In this document: positions 14,986 through 30,949 of the stretch, one piece after another
Numbering within the stretch: the first letter of the stretch is position 1
Layout: every line of letters begins with the position of its first letter
DNA from: the human T2T-CHM13v2.0 reference genome, Homo sapiens
DNA length: 64,000 bases
Assembly (NCBI RefSeq): GCF_009914755.1
Contig: NC_060947.1
Direction: 5' to 3' (one strand)
Made by a program: the position numbers and the translations under genes
The notes under the pieces: generated by a model
Told to the model about the DNA's origin: nothing
Databases searched by the model: none
The model's input: only the letters and a program-made list of their open reading frames with translations

Positions 14986-15834
14986 TGATAAGGGTACATC
15001 TTAACAAAGTTTTCTCCAGTTTTTCCTCTGAGGTTTGATCCTTTTAAACTTGTTTTTGACTTTCTTATGCAGGACCACATAAGCCTTTAGTCTAGATCTA
15101 ATTTTGCCTCTCAACTGAGTCAACATCCTTCTGACAAGTCCACCCTATATCTCATGTATTATAGTGTATTTCTAATCTGGCTTGTGAAAACAGCAATTTT
15201 TTTTTTCTGGCTCCGATTGAGCCCTGGAGATTTTTCCACTTGCTTCTTTCAGATAATTCTTTCCTAGGCTTCAGGCAGCTTTCTCACATGTATGTTCTGA
15301 TAAGAACACAGATGAAGACTCAGGGAGATGGGACTCTGCAGATCCTCAGAGCTTTCTTTCACTGCAATTCTCTCTTTTCTACTCTCCCATCAAAACGCCA
15401 GATACCTTCATCTTCCCATATTTCCATGTCTATCTCTTCAACTCAAGGACACTGCTGGGCTTTCCCCAGGTTTCCTCACCCTTTGGTAAAATGTACATTT
15501 ATATCCCCTAAAATTAGTATAACTTTTTATTTTTAATAATAAGATATGCAGAATAAGCTTTCAGTTATTTTCCAAATATAATTGATACACTATCAGAACC
15601 ATGTAATCATTTTGAAAAGAACATATATTCTCAATAATAGTGATGTACAACTTGGACGTTGCAGGTGATATGACAAGCATCATAGCGTTACTAAAACCAT
15701 GCCATCATTTATTAACTCTACCATATTGTTGGTTTTTAAGTCAAGAGATGTCTTCACCATTTTACCTTTTAATATGATATTTTGCTATGTATATGCAGAC
15801 ACCTTTACTGTGCTTCTGTTACATTTTAACAGAA

Positions 15835-16190
15835 TGGTGTCGATATCTCTTCAAGATAATCATTTTATTCCTTACAGACATACAACTAGTAGTGAGATTG
15901 CTGGATCATATGGTAGTTTGATTTTTAATTTTTTGAAGAATCTCCACACTGTTTTCCCAAATGCTGTACCAATTTGCATTCCACTAACAATTCACAAGGG
16001 TTTCCTTCTCTCAACACCCTAGCCAACAGTTGTTATCTTTTGACTTTTTGATAATAGCTATCCTAACATGTGTAAGGTGATAACCCATTGCAGCTTTGAT
16101 TTGCATTTCCCTGATGATTAGTGAAGGTGAGCACCTTCTTATATACCTGTTGGCCATTTGTATGTCTTCTTTTGCAAAATGTCTATGTAT
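15835..16190 (-). mobile_element. L1MA-class fragment
   Basis: GAGATTGCTGGATCATATGGTAG and TTTGATTTGCATTTCCCTGATGATTAG. Confidence 0.8.
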
Positions 16191-16769
16191 GTTTGTTGTA
16201 AAAGAGCTATTCTTTTTTTGTACTCTTGTTTTGAGAAAAAAGTTAATCTGTGTTGATGTCGTAGTGGTCAGAAACCAATAGAGACAGATAAAAGAATCCC
16301 AGTAATTTTTGGTAAATTCCAGCAGTTTGATAAAAATACATCCAATTAATGCTTACATACACATATAATATAGCTACAATTTTAAAGCTCTTAAAATTAT
16401 TAATAAATTCAAAAGAGTAAAACATAATGTCCAACGTTATTTTCCTGAAAATTATAGGATAATAGTAATTAAAGTATCTCTTGAGATTACGTTGTGACTT
16501 TCCACACGGTTATCCTTTGCCTTCTTCCCAATTAAACTATGAACACATCGTGTTCCTGATGTTTAGCTTTCATTTCTCATACAATACCTAATATGTGTTT
16601 GATTTTTTTGGCTGAAGAATTGATTGGACTATGAGTGAAATAACCAGGACATCTCTACCTACTTGGTGACTAACATGCTAATATAGTGTTCCAAAACTAT
16701 ATTTCCTATAAAAGGATCTATATTCTCCAGAGTTTTTCTTGAACCTCATAAAAACGTCCCAATCCCTAT

Positions 16770-17200
16770 CATGAAGTCTTTGCACTTAACATTGCTTCTG
16801 CCAGAAGCATTCATTTTACCCATCTCCATCTACTTAGCTCACTCACTATTTTTCTATCTGATCAATGTCTCCTCCTCTGAGGAGACTACCATGTCTAAAA
16901 TATCACCTGCCACATTCTAACCCATGACCCTGATTTCCTTTTCTTCTGAGAACTGACAGTTACTTGAAAATATTGTATGTTCATGTATATGTGTGTATAG
17001 TGTATAGCATGCATTTGTGTACCACACATATACACATATACACACATACACGTTTAATTTGTTGTTTGTCTCTTTCACTAGAATATAAGCTCCTTGACAG
17101 TAGCAACAGTTTTCAATGATCACTTTATCCCCAGGGTACACAGGAAAGACACAGAGGAGATATTCAATTACTGTATGTCAAGTGAATGAATAGATGAAAA
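16770..17200 (+). mobile_element. L2 3' fragment
   Basis: CACTAGAATATAAGCTCCTTGACAG...GTGAATGAATAG. Confidence 0.7.
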
Positions 17201-17474
17201 GGTGGATGATACACTTAATTACCAGAAGCTTCATCATCAAGACCCTCAGTAATATAGGTCACATCTGTTTACATTGATAAATCAGGCTAACTCCTCTGAA
17301 AAAACCTCTTGTTACAAATCACCGAGATATGCTGGATAAATATGACCAACAGGTATTTAATTACATAGCTCAGCTTTCAGGAAGCTAAGGGGAAGCCACA
17401 GGAGCCATAGATCTATGAAGAGGAGGCTGGAAACCAACTGATAAAATAAAACTGAAAGTACTGCTATTTAGGGC

Positions 17475-20390
<2,916 letters not shown>

Positions 20391-21293
20391 AAATTCTTTT
20401 TCTTTCTTAGTATCCAAGAGACTGGCACCTTTACAGCTGGGAATGGAGAAGGAGATAAGTCCTTAGCTCTCAGAAAGGAGTGGAACAGGGAACAGGCAAA
20501 GATGGAACAGGAAAGACCCCATACAAAGGCAAAATCTACACTTTCTATAAAAAAGATGAATTGGACAAAAACAAACCTCCTGTCAGAGGCCAATGACAAG
20601 GAAAATTGTCTTTCTAGACTTGGGTTCAGGGAAGAATTTTTTTCTAAAGTTAACAATGAGATCTCATAACTTCATTCCTGCCCTTGCTTATGATATGAGT
20701 TCCTATTTTTTGCTACCCACATAGTCCATAAAATTCTATACCACAAAACTCACTTGAAGACATTCTGAATTGGTTGTAACTTGGGCCACATGACAGAGGT
20801 AAATACACTGCCTTTCTAGAAGAAGGTAATGGCAAAAAAGAATTCACAGGCTGACTTCATATCAAGATTCCCTGAATTAAAGTTCAGGATCCAAAGTTAC
20901 ACAGCAGCAGAAGAAAAAAAGTACCATAAGCAAAAATGAGGGAGGAAAAAAGGATACTTTTTAATGACCAAGAAACTTAGATATTGAAATTAGCAGATAA
21001 AGATTATAAAATAAGTATGTATAAGATGTTTAAAGAAATAAAAATGAGAACATTCCAAACATTATTATCACATTTGGGAATTACAACATAAAAATATACA
21101 AAATAATATTCTATGTTGTTTAGGGATATGTGAATATGGGAAAAAGAAAATGAAAAAATATTATTATAAGCACTAAATTCAGGATTATGATACCTCTGTG
21201 AAAGAATAGAGGCAGGGAGAAAAGAGAATAGAGGCATGATTTTTATTTTAGAACTGATTTCAAAGGTCAGTAGTAATATTTCCTAGTTAAGCA

Positions 21294-21339
21294 AACATAT
21301 ATATATATGTATTATTTATATATATATATATGTATATAT
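21294..21339. repeat. (TA)n-rich simple repeat
   Basis: Directly visible. Confidence 0.85.
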
Positions 21340-21734
21340 CTGCTTTACTTTTTGGAATTGCATACAGTTATCAGGAAATGTATATCATGAACAAAAATAT
21401 GCAAACATTTTAAAAGAGGAATTTAGAATTGCACAATGAATATAGTTTTCTTACAATTTTCACAATCTGTCTTTTTCAGTTGATTGGACACAGTACTGAT
21501 GTTACAAGTCTCAGGTGTTCGAGGCAGTTACTGATACACAGGTAGAACAAGGTGGACAAAGCACAACTGTTAGTATAATAAGCCGAAGTAGGATTTATGT
21601 AAAATGGAATTGTTCAGAACTTTCAAATCAAATGATTTTATTATTTCATACATCTTTGTCCTAGAAGATAAAATGAAAGTTATATTTACTGGCTGGCAAG
21701 TGGGTTAGTACTGTATATTGGCTCATATTGGAAC

Positions 21735-21819
21735 CAAGTTTCTTGAACCTAGCTGTGTATTAATATTAACATCACCCGGAAATGTTTAAAACATACTGAT
21801 GTCTGGGCCCCAGCCCAGA
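21735..21819. mobile_element. Half of a MER5A-type element
   Basis: CATCACCCGGAAATGTTTAAAACATACTGATGTCTGGGCCCCAGCCCAGA. Confidence 0.65.
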
Positions 21820-24120
21820 CACTTATAAGTGAGAATATGTGATATTTGGTTTTTGGTTCCTGTGTTAATTTGCTAAAGATTACAGCCTCCAGCTGCATCC
21901 ATGTTGCTGCAAAGGGCATGATTTTATTCTTTTTTTGTGGCTGCATAGTGTTCCATAGTGTATATGTACCACATTTTCTTTATCCAATCCAATCCACCAG
22001 TGTTGGGCACCTAAGTTGATTCCATGTCTTTGTTATTGTGAATAGTGCTGCAATGAACATACGAGTGCATGTGTCTTTTTGGAGGAATGATTTAGTTTCT
22101 TCTGGATACATACCCTGTAATGAGATTGATGAGTCAAATGGTAGTTCTGTTTTAAGTTCTTTGAGAAATCTCCAAACTACTTTCCACAGTGGCTGAACTA
22201 ATTTGCATTCCCATCAACAGTATGTAAATGTTTCCTTTTCTCTGCAGCCTCACCAGAATCTGTTGTTTTTTGACGTTTTACTAATAGCCATTCTGACTGG
22301 TGTGAGATAATATCTTACTATGGTTTTGATTTGCACTTCTCTGGTGATTAGTGGTGTTGAGCATTTTTTCATATGCTTGTTGGCCACATGTATGTTTTCT
22401 TTTGAGAAGCGTCTGTCCTTTGCCCATGTTTTAATGGGGTTGTTTGGTTTTTGTTTGTTATATTAAGTTCCTAATGGATTCTTAATATTAGACATTTGTC
22501 AGATGCACAGTATGTAAATATCTTCTCTCATTGCGTAGGTTTTCTGTTTACTCTGTTGATAATTTATTTTGCTGTGCAGAAGCTCCTTAGTTAAATTAGG
22601 TCCTATTTGTCAATTTTTGTTTTTGTTTGCAATTGCTTTTGAGGACTTAGTCATATATTCTTTCCCAAGGCTGATGCATAGAATGGTGCTTCTCAATTTT
22701 TCTTCCAGGATTCTTATAGTTTGAGGTCTTATATTTAAATCTTTAATCCATCTTGAGTTAATTGTTTCATATGGCAAAAGGTAGGGGTCCAGTTTCATTC
22801 TTCTGCATATGCCAGCTATCTCAGCACCATTTATGGAATAGAGAGCACTTCCCTCATAGGCTTGTTACTCACTTTGTTGAAGATCGAATGGCTGTAGGGG
22901 TGCAGCTTTATTTCTGGGTTCTCCATTCTGTTCCATTGGTCTATGTGTCTGTTTTTGTACCAGGACAACGCTGTTTTGATTACTGTTGTTTTGTAGTATA
23001 GTTTGAAGTCAGATAATGTGATGCCTCCAGCTCTGTTCATTTTCCTTAGGATTGTTTTGGCTATTAGGGCTCTTTTAGGGTTCCATATGAATTTTAGAAT
23101 AGTTTTTATTCTAGTTCTGTGAAAAATGATGTTGGCAGTTTAATAGGAACAATGTTGAATCTGTAAATTGCTTTGAGCCTTATGGCCATTTAAATGATAT
23201 TGATTCTTCTAATTCATGAGCATGGAATGTTTTTCCATTTGACTGTGTCATCTATGACTAATTTTAGCAGTGTTTTGCAGTTCTCCTTGTAGAGATCCTT
23301 TACCTCCTTGGTTAGATGTATTGCTAGGTATTTTATTTTATCTTTTGCATCTATCGTAAATTGGTTGCATTATTGATTTAGCTTTCAGCTTGAATGTTAT
23401 TGATGTATAGAAGTGCTACTGATTTTCATGCATTCATTTTGTATCCTGAAATTTTACTTGTTTGTCAGTTCCAAGCACCTTTTGGTGAAGTCTTTACTAT
23501 TTTCCAGGTATAGAATCATATTTTCCATGAAGAGATATAGTTTAACTTCTTCTTTTTCTATCTTGATGCCTTTTATTTATTTCTCTTGACTGATTGTTCT
23601 GTCAAGGATTTCCAGTATTATGTTGAATATGAGTGGTGAGAGTGGGCATCCTTGTCTTATTCCAGTTCTCAAGGGGGATGCTTCCAGTTTTTCCCATGCA
23701 GTATGATGTTGGCTGTGGGTTTGACATAAATGACTCATATTATTTTGAGGTATGTTCCTTCAGTGCCTAATTTATTGATGGTGTTTATTGTGAAGGGATG
23801 TTGGAGTTTATCAAAAGCTTTTACCACATCTATTGAGATGATCATACGATTTTTGTTTTTAATCCTGTGTATGTGGTAAATTACATTTACTAATTTGCAT
23901 ATGTCGAACCAAACTTGCATATCAGAAATGAAGCCTACTTCATCATGGTGAATTAACCTTTTGATGTGTTGCTGGATTAATTTTCCTAGTATTTCACTGA
24001 GAATTTTTGTTTCTATGTTCATCAGGGCTATTGGCCTGTAGTTTTCCTTTTTCACTGTGTCTTCTCCAGGTTTTGGTATCAGGGTGATGTTGGCTTCATA
24101 GAATGAGTTATGGAAGTGGT
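21820..24120 (-). mobile_element. L1PA15/16-like ORF2 3' half, lacking the distal 3' UTR and poly-A
   Basis: ORF2 peptides [13 protein letters not shown] and [14 protein letters not shown] on the minus strand. CCTCCAGCTGCATCCATGTTGCTGCAAAGG. Confidence 0.9.
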
Positions 24121-24237
24121 CCTTATTTTATACAGGTATCTAAGAATTTGTGATTTTTCATTATTTTTACAAACTTTATTCATTTTTATGTGTATGTCCT
24201 TCATTAAAACCCTAATTCAATGGCTTCTTGCATGTAA

Positions 24238-24598
<361 letters not shown>

Positions 24599-26512
24599 AG
24601 ATAATCTTATGATCTATATTAATACGATCTTCTAGTATAACTTGCTCATTTCCTTTTTTTCATGGAAGCTCATGTTCTGAGATGAAGATAATGATTAGCC
24701 ATTGGAGTTATTTAGTCAATGTAAACTACTACAACAACATATTTTTTAAAGACCACTCTAATAAGTGAAGTCAACTTTTACTACTCTATGTCAAGTAGTA
24801 AATATGGAGATACTATTAATTAATATTGATATTAATATTAATATTAATTTATATTTAAGTATGCTGGGCATGAACCTAAGAAAAATTGAACATGCAGAAT
24901 TCTTAGGAGTTTCATTTTGTTCATTTACTTTTAACAAATAACAGTAGCCAACTGAATCTTCTATATGAATAAAAGCTAGCTACTTCCCTCAAACATTGCA
25001 ACCAGGTTTGTATGAAGTCAAGTCCTAGAACAAGCTTTATTATCATAGAGGTGTTTATTAGCAAAGAGGAAAACATGGTTCATACAGCTTGTTCTATAAG
25101 CTTGATGAAGTCCCAGCTGTCTGTTATTTCAGGAGCTTTGACCCTCTCAGCTTACAAGAAAGATTGACTAAACACCGAACAGCGTCCCAGAAGTAGGACT
25201 CAGTTACTCTTAACAGCATCAAGCAACAAAAATCCTCTAAAGCAGAGACCTGATACAGAGAAGTTTACAGACCAAATCTTTGGCACAAACTCTAAGGGTA
25301 GAAGCTGCTAACTTTGCTGGATTTTTATGTCCTGTTTATATGAGATTGAGGAGTGTCTTTACACTAATTTAGACAATTCATACAAGATGAAAGCTTTTAA
25401 TTTTACCAAAGAAAAACCATTACTAACATGTCATGCTAATTAATAAGGTAGCCACTAATTCAATCAATGAAAACCCACTTCTGATATGAAATATGGTAAT
25501 TGCTAAAACCTCTGGATATGACCAAAGACAAAGAGAGCTAATGTGTTTGTGATCATTGCCTCTGGAGTGGAGGAGGGTATCCTCAATGAAAAAGTGATAT
25601 GTGACTGTCCCTGGAATGGGAATTCCTGGTTAAAATACACAAACTAGCTATACTGAATTATTTTTTAGGCAAATTACAACCATCATAAAAATGTTTAATT
25701 ATGATTACTAGGAATTCAGTCCCTATAAAATGGAAAATAAGAGAGGGATAAATGGCTAGAGAGTAAGACCATTTATATTCACTGCATTTTTCTTTTTATG
25801 TAGCTATATTTTCTTATATAGACCTAATGCATTAATTCACAGTATAATTGACTTAACAATGTTGTTCTTTTGTCTGAGACCAGCTGTATGATATTTGATG
25901 GGATGCACTGCGTGGAATGGTGAGGAAGGAGGTAGTTGCTATTTAGAGAGTCAAATCAGCAAAGTCATATTCTGGAGATTAATGGGCAATATAATACCTC
26001 AGCCACAGGATGAACAATTTGACTGATACAAACCACTACTCTTTTAATATTTGTTCAGTTTTTATTTGTAGGGCAAGTTGACTGTTATGTGGGCATAGGT
26101 CAGAAGAAAGGCAAATCTGCTTGTCAAAAATCCCTGGCTCTAAATTACCATGCCCCACTGGCTGATAGCAGCTAGATCTAGTTCATTGGTTCCACATTCT
26201 TAGTAAATTATGTAGTGATCACCTATGGTTATTTTTTAAAAATTCATTACAGTAGTCACCCCCCAAGTAGCTTCCTAAAACAAAATAAGCCCTGTAATTG
26301 TATTTAACATTCTTCTAAAAAGCGGTTCTGGAAAATATGTTTTTCTCCAATACTTTATATTTTCATTAAATTTTAAGGTCCTCTTTTAATAAACTATCCT
26401 ACTGAGTACACGTATATCTAGCCTCAACTCAATCCAGCTCCAAATAAATAATATATACATATATAGAACTTTTAGTCAATCATGGGGCATGCAGTGATAA
26501 CACACAGATATG

Positions 26513-26515
<3 letters not shown>

Positions 26516-26559
<44 letters not shown>
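26516..26559. repeat. (CA)n microsatellite
   Basis: Perfect CA run. Confidence 0.97.
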
Positions 26560-26561
<2 letters not shown>

Positions 26562-26734
26562 CATATATTTCCAGGAAGATTTTAATGTCTCATTTTCTGC
26601 CAGTTAGTGAATATTCCTGAGAGGATTATGTTTTTTCTTCCTTTAATTAGAAATATGACATTAGCAAATCATTTGGTCAATGTCCAAATGACTTGGACAT
26701 TGCAAATTATGGGACAAATATACAAATGCAGTGT

Positions 26735-27156
26735 CATGGGACTGAAATTATTAACGTGCATAAATATTCCGTTTCCCCTCTCCTTCCAGGCACTTGGGAA
26801 TATATTTTCTTCTCCATCCCTTAAAGCTTGGTGTGACCATGTGACCATTTCAATCAATTAATTGTAGTCAGAAATGATATGTGTCACTTTAGGGTTTGGG
26901 CATTGAATTGCTGGTTCAAGAACCTCCAGAGCTGCTCCTCTCTGGCATGATTAAGTAGGGGAGTATGTGCCAATTGGGAACCTCTGTCAGCCTAGGGCCC
27001 TCAACATTATAATGAATAGAGCTCCTCTACCCACCTGTGATACACGTAGCATGTGCAATAATTAAACCTTTGTTGTTTCAAACAGAGATTAAAAAACAAA
27101 AAACAGCAGAAACAACAACAAAAACCAGAACATAACCTAACATGAACTACCTGGTA
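26735..27156 (+). mobile_element. MLT1I-like MaLR LTR
   Basis: GTGTGACCATGTGAC, AGAAATGATATGTGTCACTT and TAAACCTTTGTTGTTT. Confidence 0.7.
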
Positions 27157-29267
27157 TTTGCCTTTTAATATAAAACATGTAACTCATTTTTATAGATAGA
27201 GAGGAATCAAATAACTATATAATCTTATTTTCAAAAGTATTTCCTATATCTGAAATAATTTCTTCATTAAATGAAAATGACTACATGTTAGCAGAATGCA
27301 GGTTGTTTCACACAGTCATAAATAAGTTCTCTATAGACAATCAACAAGCTGTGGCAACTAGAAGGTTATTTCTTCGTGGAAACAAGACAGTGCTAGAACA
27401 TCAAAAGAAAATAATCACAAATGTTTTAGTCACTTGCAGGGCACAATAATAGAAATATTCTATATTGTATTGTGACTTTTTTCAGTGTGTCACACTGCTA
27501 CAGAAAAAAATTTAAAATTGTTAAACTGCATGACAAATCTCTATCAAGATATAATATGTTAACAAGATTTATATTAAAATTCACCTAGTTCATTTACTTA
27601 TACTTTGATTTTTCTTCATAAATGTTATTATTTTTCTATCTAAAATGAATTATACATCTTGTTAACGTTTATTTTTTCTTATTAATATATGTCATTAACG
27701 TAACATTAATGTGATTTTAAAATCAAGCATTAATTATTGATGAATACGAGAAACTAGGCAGGTAGATAAGGTCCAGCCTACATACTATTTTTTCTCTCTC
27801 CTATCTATCTATTCTATCTCCACATTTCGGAAGCTCTAGAGTTCATCTACCTAGTATACTCCACAAACTCCTCTGGTTTTTAAATACTCAAGGAAAATAG
27901 ATAAAGATGTAGGGAAAAATTAAAAGTACAAGTAAAAAAGTATGCATATTAAACTCTTTGTACAGTGCTCACTCCAAAATACTGTCACTATAATCCAGAA
28001 AGTTAAAATAATATGACACTTTAACCTCTCAGTCAGTTTAAGAGATACTAGGAGTACTGTTTCAAGAGATTGATTAAAATCAAACCTTTGGGCTGGAATA
28101 AGACAAATTATTAAATGGTTTTAGCTTCCAAAGCAATAGTCATCTATATGCAAGTTATCAGTAGCTGATTGGTTCCAATTATTTCTTCAAACATGTAAGA
28201 AAGACAAACCATCGACATAAAAAGCTCTTGCTCATTTGCATATTCATAATACCTCAGTGAATCACCAAGACTGGCACTGATGCTGCCTGAATATTAATGC
28301 AGGGCCAACAGCTGAGCTGAAGGGCAAAGCAATATATAGAAACAAACTGCAATTTCCTCTGGAATACACAATTCAACTTAAAGGTGGACTGATTGTTAAA
28401 CTATTATTATTATTATTTTATCTCTTATGATAAGATTGTTCCACATTTCTTGGAGAATTTAGTCACAATGGCTCAGGATTATAGTAAATATTTTATCTGT
28501 ATTTTAAGCCAGTTTTATCATGTAGTCGTTGATACCAAAACTCACTAACTATTCCAGCTTACATGCTAACTAAATACTTAAGCAGTACCCACCCTAGAAG
28601 GAGAAACCCAAGTTGGGCACCGCATTCAGCTGAAGGGCATCTATTTTTATATGCTTTTAAAACTTCAAATTTGTGAGTTCAAATAGTTAAGTACCTCTGC
28701 CTTCATTTTTCTTCTCCCTTTGCCCTTTAATTTTTTATAAAAAACCTCTGTCTCCTGACCCTACCCTTTGTTACAGCTCTAATGGGTTTTTTTGCCTTGG
28801 TTTCACTGGGGAGAGCTACACACTGAGGCTTCCAGATGAAATGCTTGCAATTCCTTCTGAGAGATGCAGCAGAATATTTGTGGAAGAATATGTAGGAGGG
28901 AGATATGTATTTGAAGTTTGCATGTGTGATGTATTTGTAGCATCGCCATTACATTTATACATCTGTGATCACAAGATTGTTTATTATAGGATTCTATTTT
29001 CCTTGGAGAAGTAGCAGATTGGACAAAACTCTCCCAAGCATTTACATTTCCTTTTCCTGAAGAAGGTGCTGTCTGCCAACAGCGGTATCCGAAAACAAAC
29101 GAGAGTAGATAAAACATTATTTCTTTAAAAACCTCATGTTTAGAAAACAGAGTTCTGTACCTTACTAATGATCATACTGCTTTGCTTTATTTGTTTTTAT
29201 TGGGCTTCCCTTTCAAACAATAGTAAATGATAACCACAACAATAGCTAATCTAATTGATTGTATACT

Positions 29268-30100
29268 GTATCTGTCAATTTTTGCTGCATAAAAAAACTA
29301 CCTCCATGTGGCTTAAAACAATAAACTATTATTATTCATGTGTTTTGGGCTTCATGGGTGCTGCCTAATCTGGAGGTAGGTTCAATTTATTTCTTTTTCA
29401 GTCTGTGGGAGCTAGGGTGGCCCTATTTCTCACTGCAGGTAATGGGTTGGCTGGAGTAACTCTTTTCCATTAGCTGTATTAACAAAATAATATTCTTTTC
29501 TTAGGATTAGCAGAGGCATAAATGTGTAAGTGAAACATACGAAACTTCAAGGCTTAGGCTAAGATCCAGAACACTAACTTTCTGTTTATTCTATGGGTCA
29601 AAGCCAAGGGGAAGGAAGATATACATTATCCCTTTAGTGGGAGGAACTGAAAAGTTACATGATGTGATGGTTAATACTGAGTGCCAACTTGATTGGATTG
29701 AAGGATACAAAGTATTGACCCTGGGTGTGTCTGTGAGGGTGTTGCCAAAGGAGACTAACATTTGAGTCAGTGGGCTGGGAAAGGCAGACCCACCCTTAAT
29801 TTGGGTGGGCACCATCTAATCAACTACTTGCCTGGGTAGAATACAAGCAGACAGAAAAATGTGAAAAGAGAGAGTTCTTCAGTTTTGGGACTCAGACTGG
29901 CTCTCCTTGCTCCTCAGCTTGCAGAGAGCCTATTGTGGGACCATATGATCATGTGAGTTAATACTTAATAACCTCCCCTTTATTAACTTAATAAACCAAT
30001 ATATCCTATTAGTTTTGTCCCTCTAGAGAACCCTAACGCATATACACGCCGAAAGGAGGGGTGAAAAATTGAAACCAATAACGTAAACTACTATCCACAC
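29268..30100 (-). mobile_element. Old MLT1 (H/J class) LTR inside a MIR, itself interrupted by MLT2A1
   Basis: TTGCTGCATAAAAAAACTACC...GTGGCTTAAAACAATAA start. Resumes after 30046. Confidence 0.6.
29663..30046 (+). mobile_element. MLT2A1 (HERV-L) solo LTR with an internal deletion
   Basis: TGTGATGGTTAATACTGAGTG...CTTGATTGGATTGAAGG start and GTCCCTCTAGAGAACCCT...TACA end. About 70 bp missing near 29873 relative to the recalled consensus. Confidence 0.92.
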
Positions 30101-30104
30101 TATG

Positions 30105-30290
30105 GCCTATGCTCCTTTGTTAGCGTGTTACAGTCATCATTTCATTTGATCTTTGGAGCATCCCCATGTATTATTGTTATCATTATTTTACAATCAAGAA
30201 ATTGAGGCACAGAGAGGTTAAGTAACTTGTCTAGTATCACCCTACCAGCAAGGGATAAAACAATGATTGACACCTAAAGAGATTTTAAGT
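30105..30290 (-). mobile_element. MIR
   Basis: GAAATTGAGGCACAGAGAGGTTAAGTAACTTGTC core. Confidence 0.85.
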
Positions 30291-30918
30291 ACTATGCAAT
30301 TTTTCTCAAATACTCTAGTCTACCTGGTTTAAAAGAATACTTCTATATTTAGTAAAGAGATTATAAAGATATGGGATATAATTTTCAGTCATAATGATAA
30401 TGAGTAAGGATAGAGCATAACAAAAGTTCTGCTGAAATAATACTATTCATTTCTAAGCCATCTCATCCTTAAAATTCATTTATACATGAGACAGAATAAG
30501 GATAATGTCCTCAGCAGGGAAGAACCATAGGCCAATTAATGAATTAAATTTCCATTTATAGTTCTTTTGTGATCAATAATTATTCCTCGGAACAAGGAAG
30601 ACCCTCTTCTTTGACAACAAACATTACATATAAAAATTATAACTGATTCTATTTTATTAAATATATATACCCCCGGATGTAGTTTTGTAACATCAAATAC
30701 CATTAATCAAAAGCCACAAATAGCTGTAATAATGACAGAGAACTTTAATGAACAAAGTTAATTGTTCCAGTGGCAGTAGAAATATAAGCAGACCCCTAAT
30801 CCGTGCATTTTTTGTTGCCTTCTTGGCAATCACAGCAATGTGGTCTTAGAATATGTGTATGTTTGTGTTGGCTTCATAGTTTTGCATATTTTCTTTTTTC
30901 TGAAACATTTGTTTTCAG

Positions 30919-30949
30919 AAACCTGAAGAGGTTTACTTGAATCCGAAAA
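30919..30949 (+). CDS. Candidate 31-nt internal exon (KPEEVYLNPK, phase 0 to 1) of an unidentified gene
   Basis: Long pyrimidine tract ending TTTGTTTTCAG, a GTAAGT donor at 30950, only one open frame, and non-repetitive flanks. Confidence 0.45.

Noticed and set aside
30919-30949. Identity with the known 31-nt PPP1R12A (MYPT1) alternative exon
   Set aside because: Only the length matches. The sequence does not match that exon as I recall it, and no neighbouring exons are visible, so no gene symbol was assigned.
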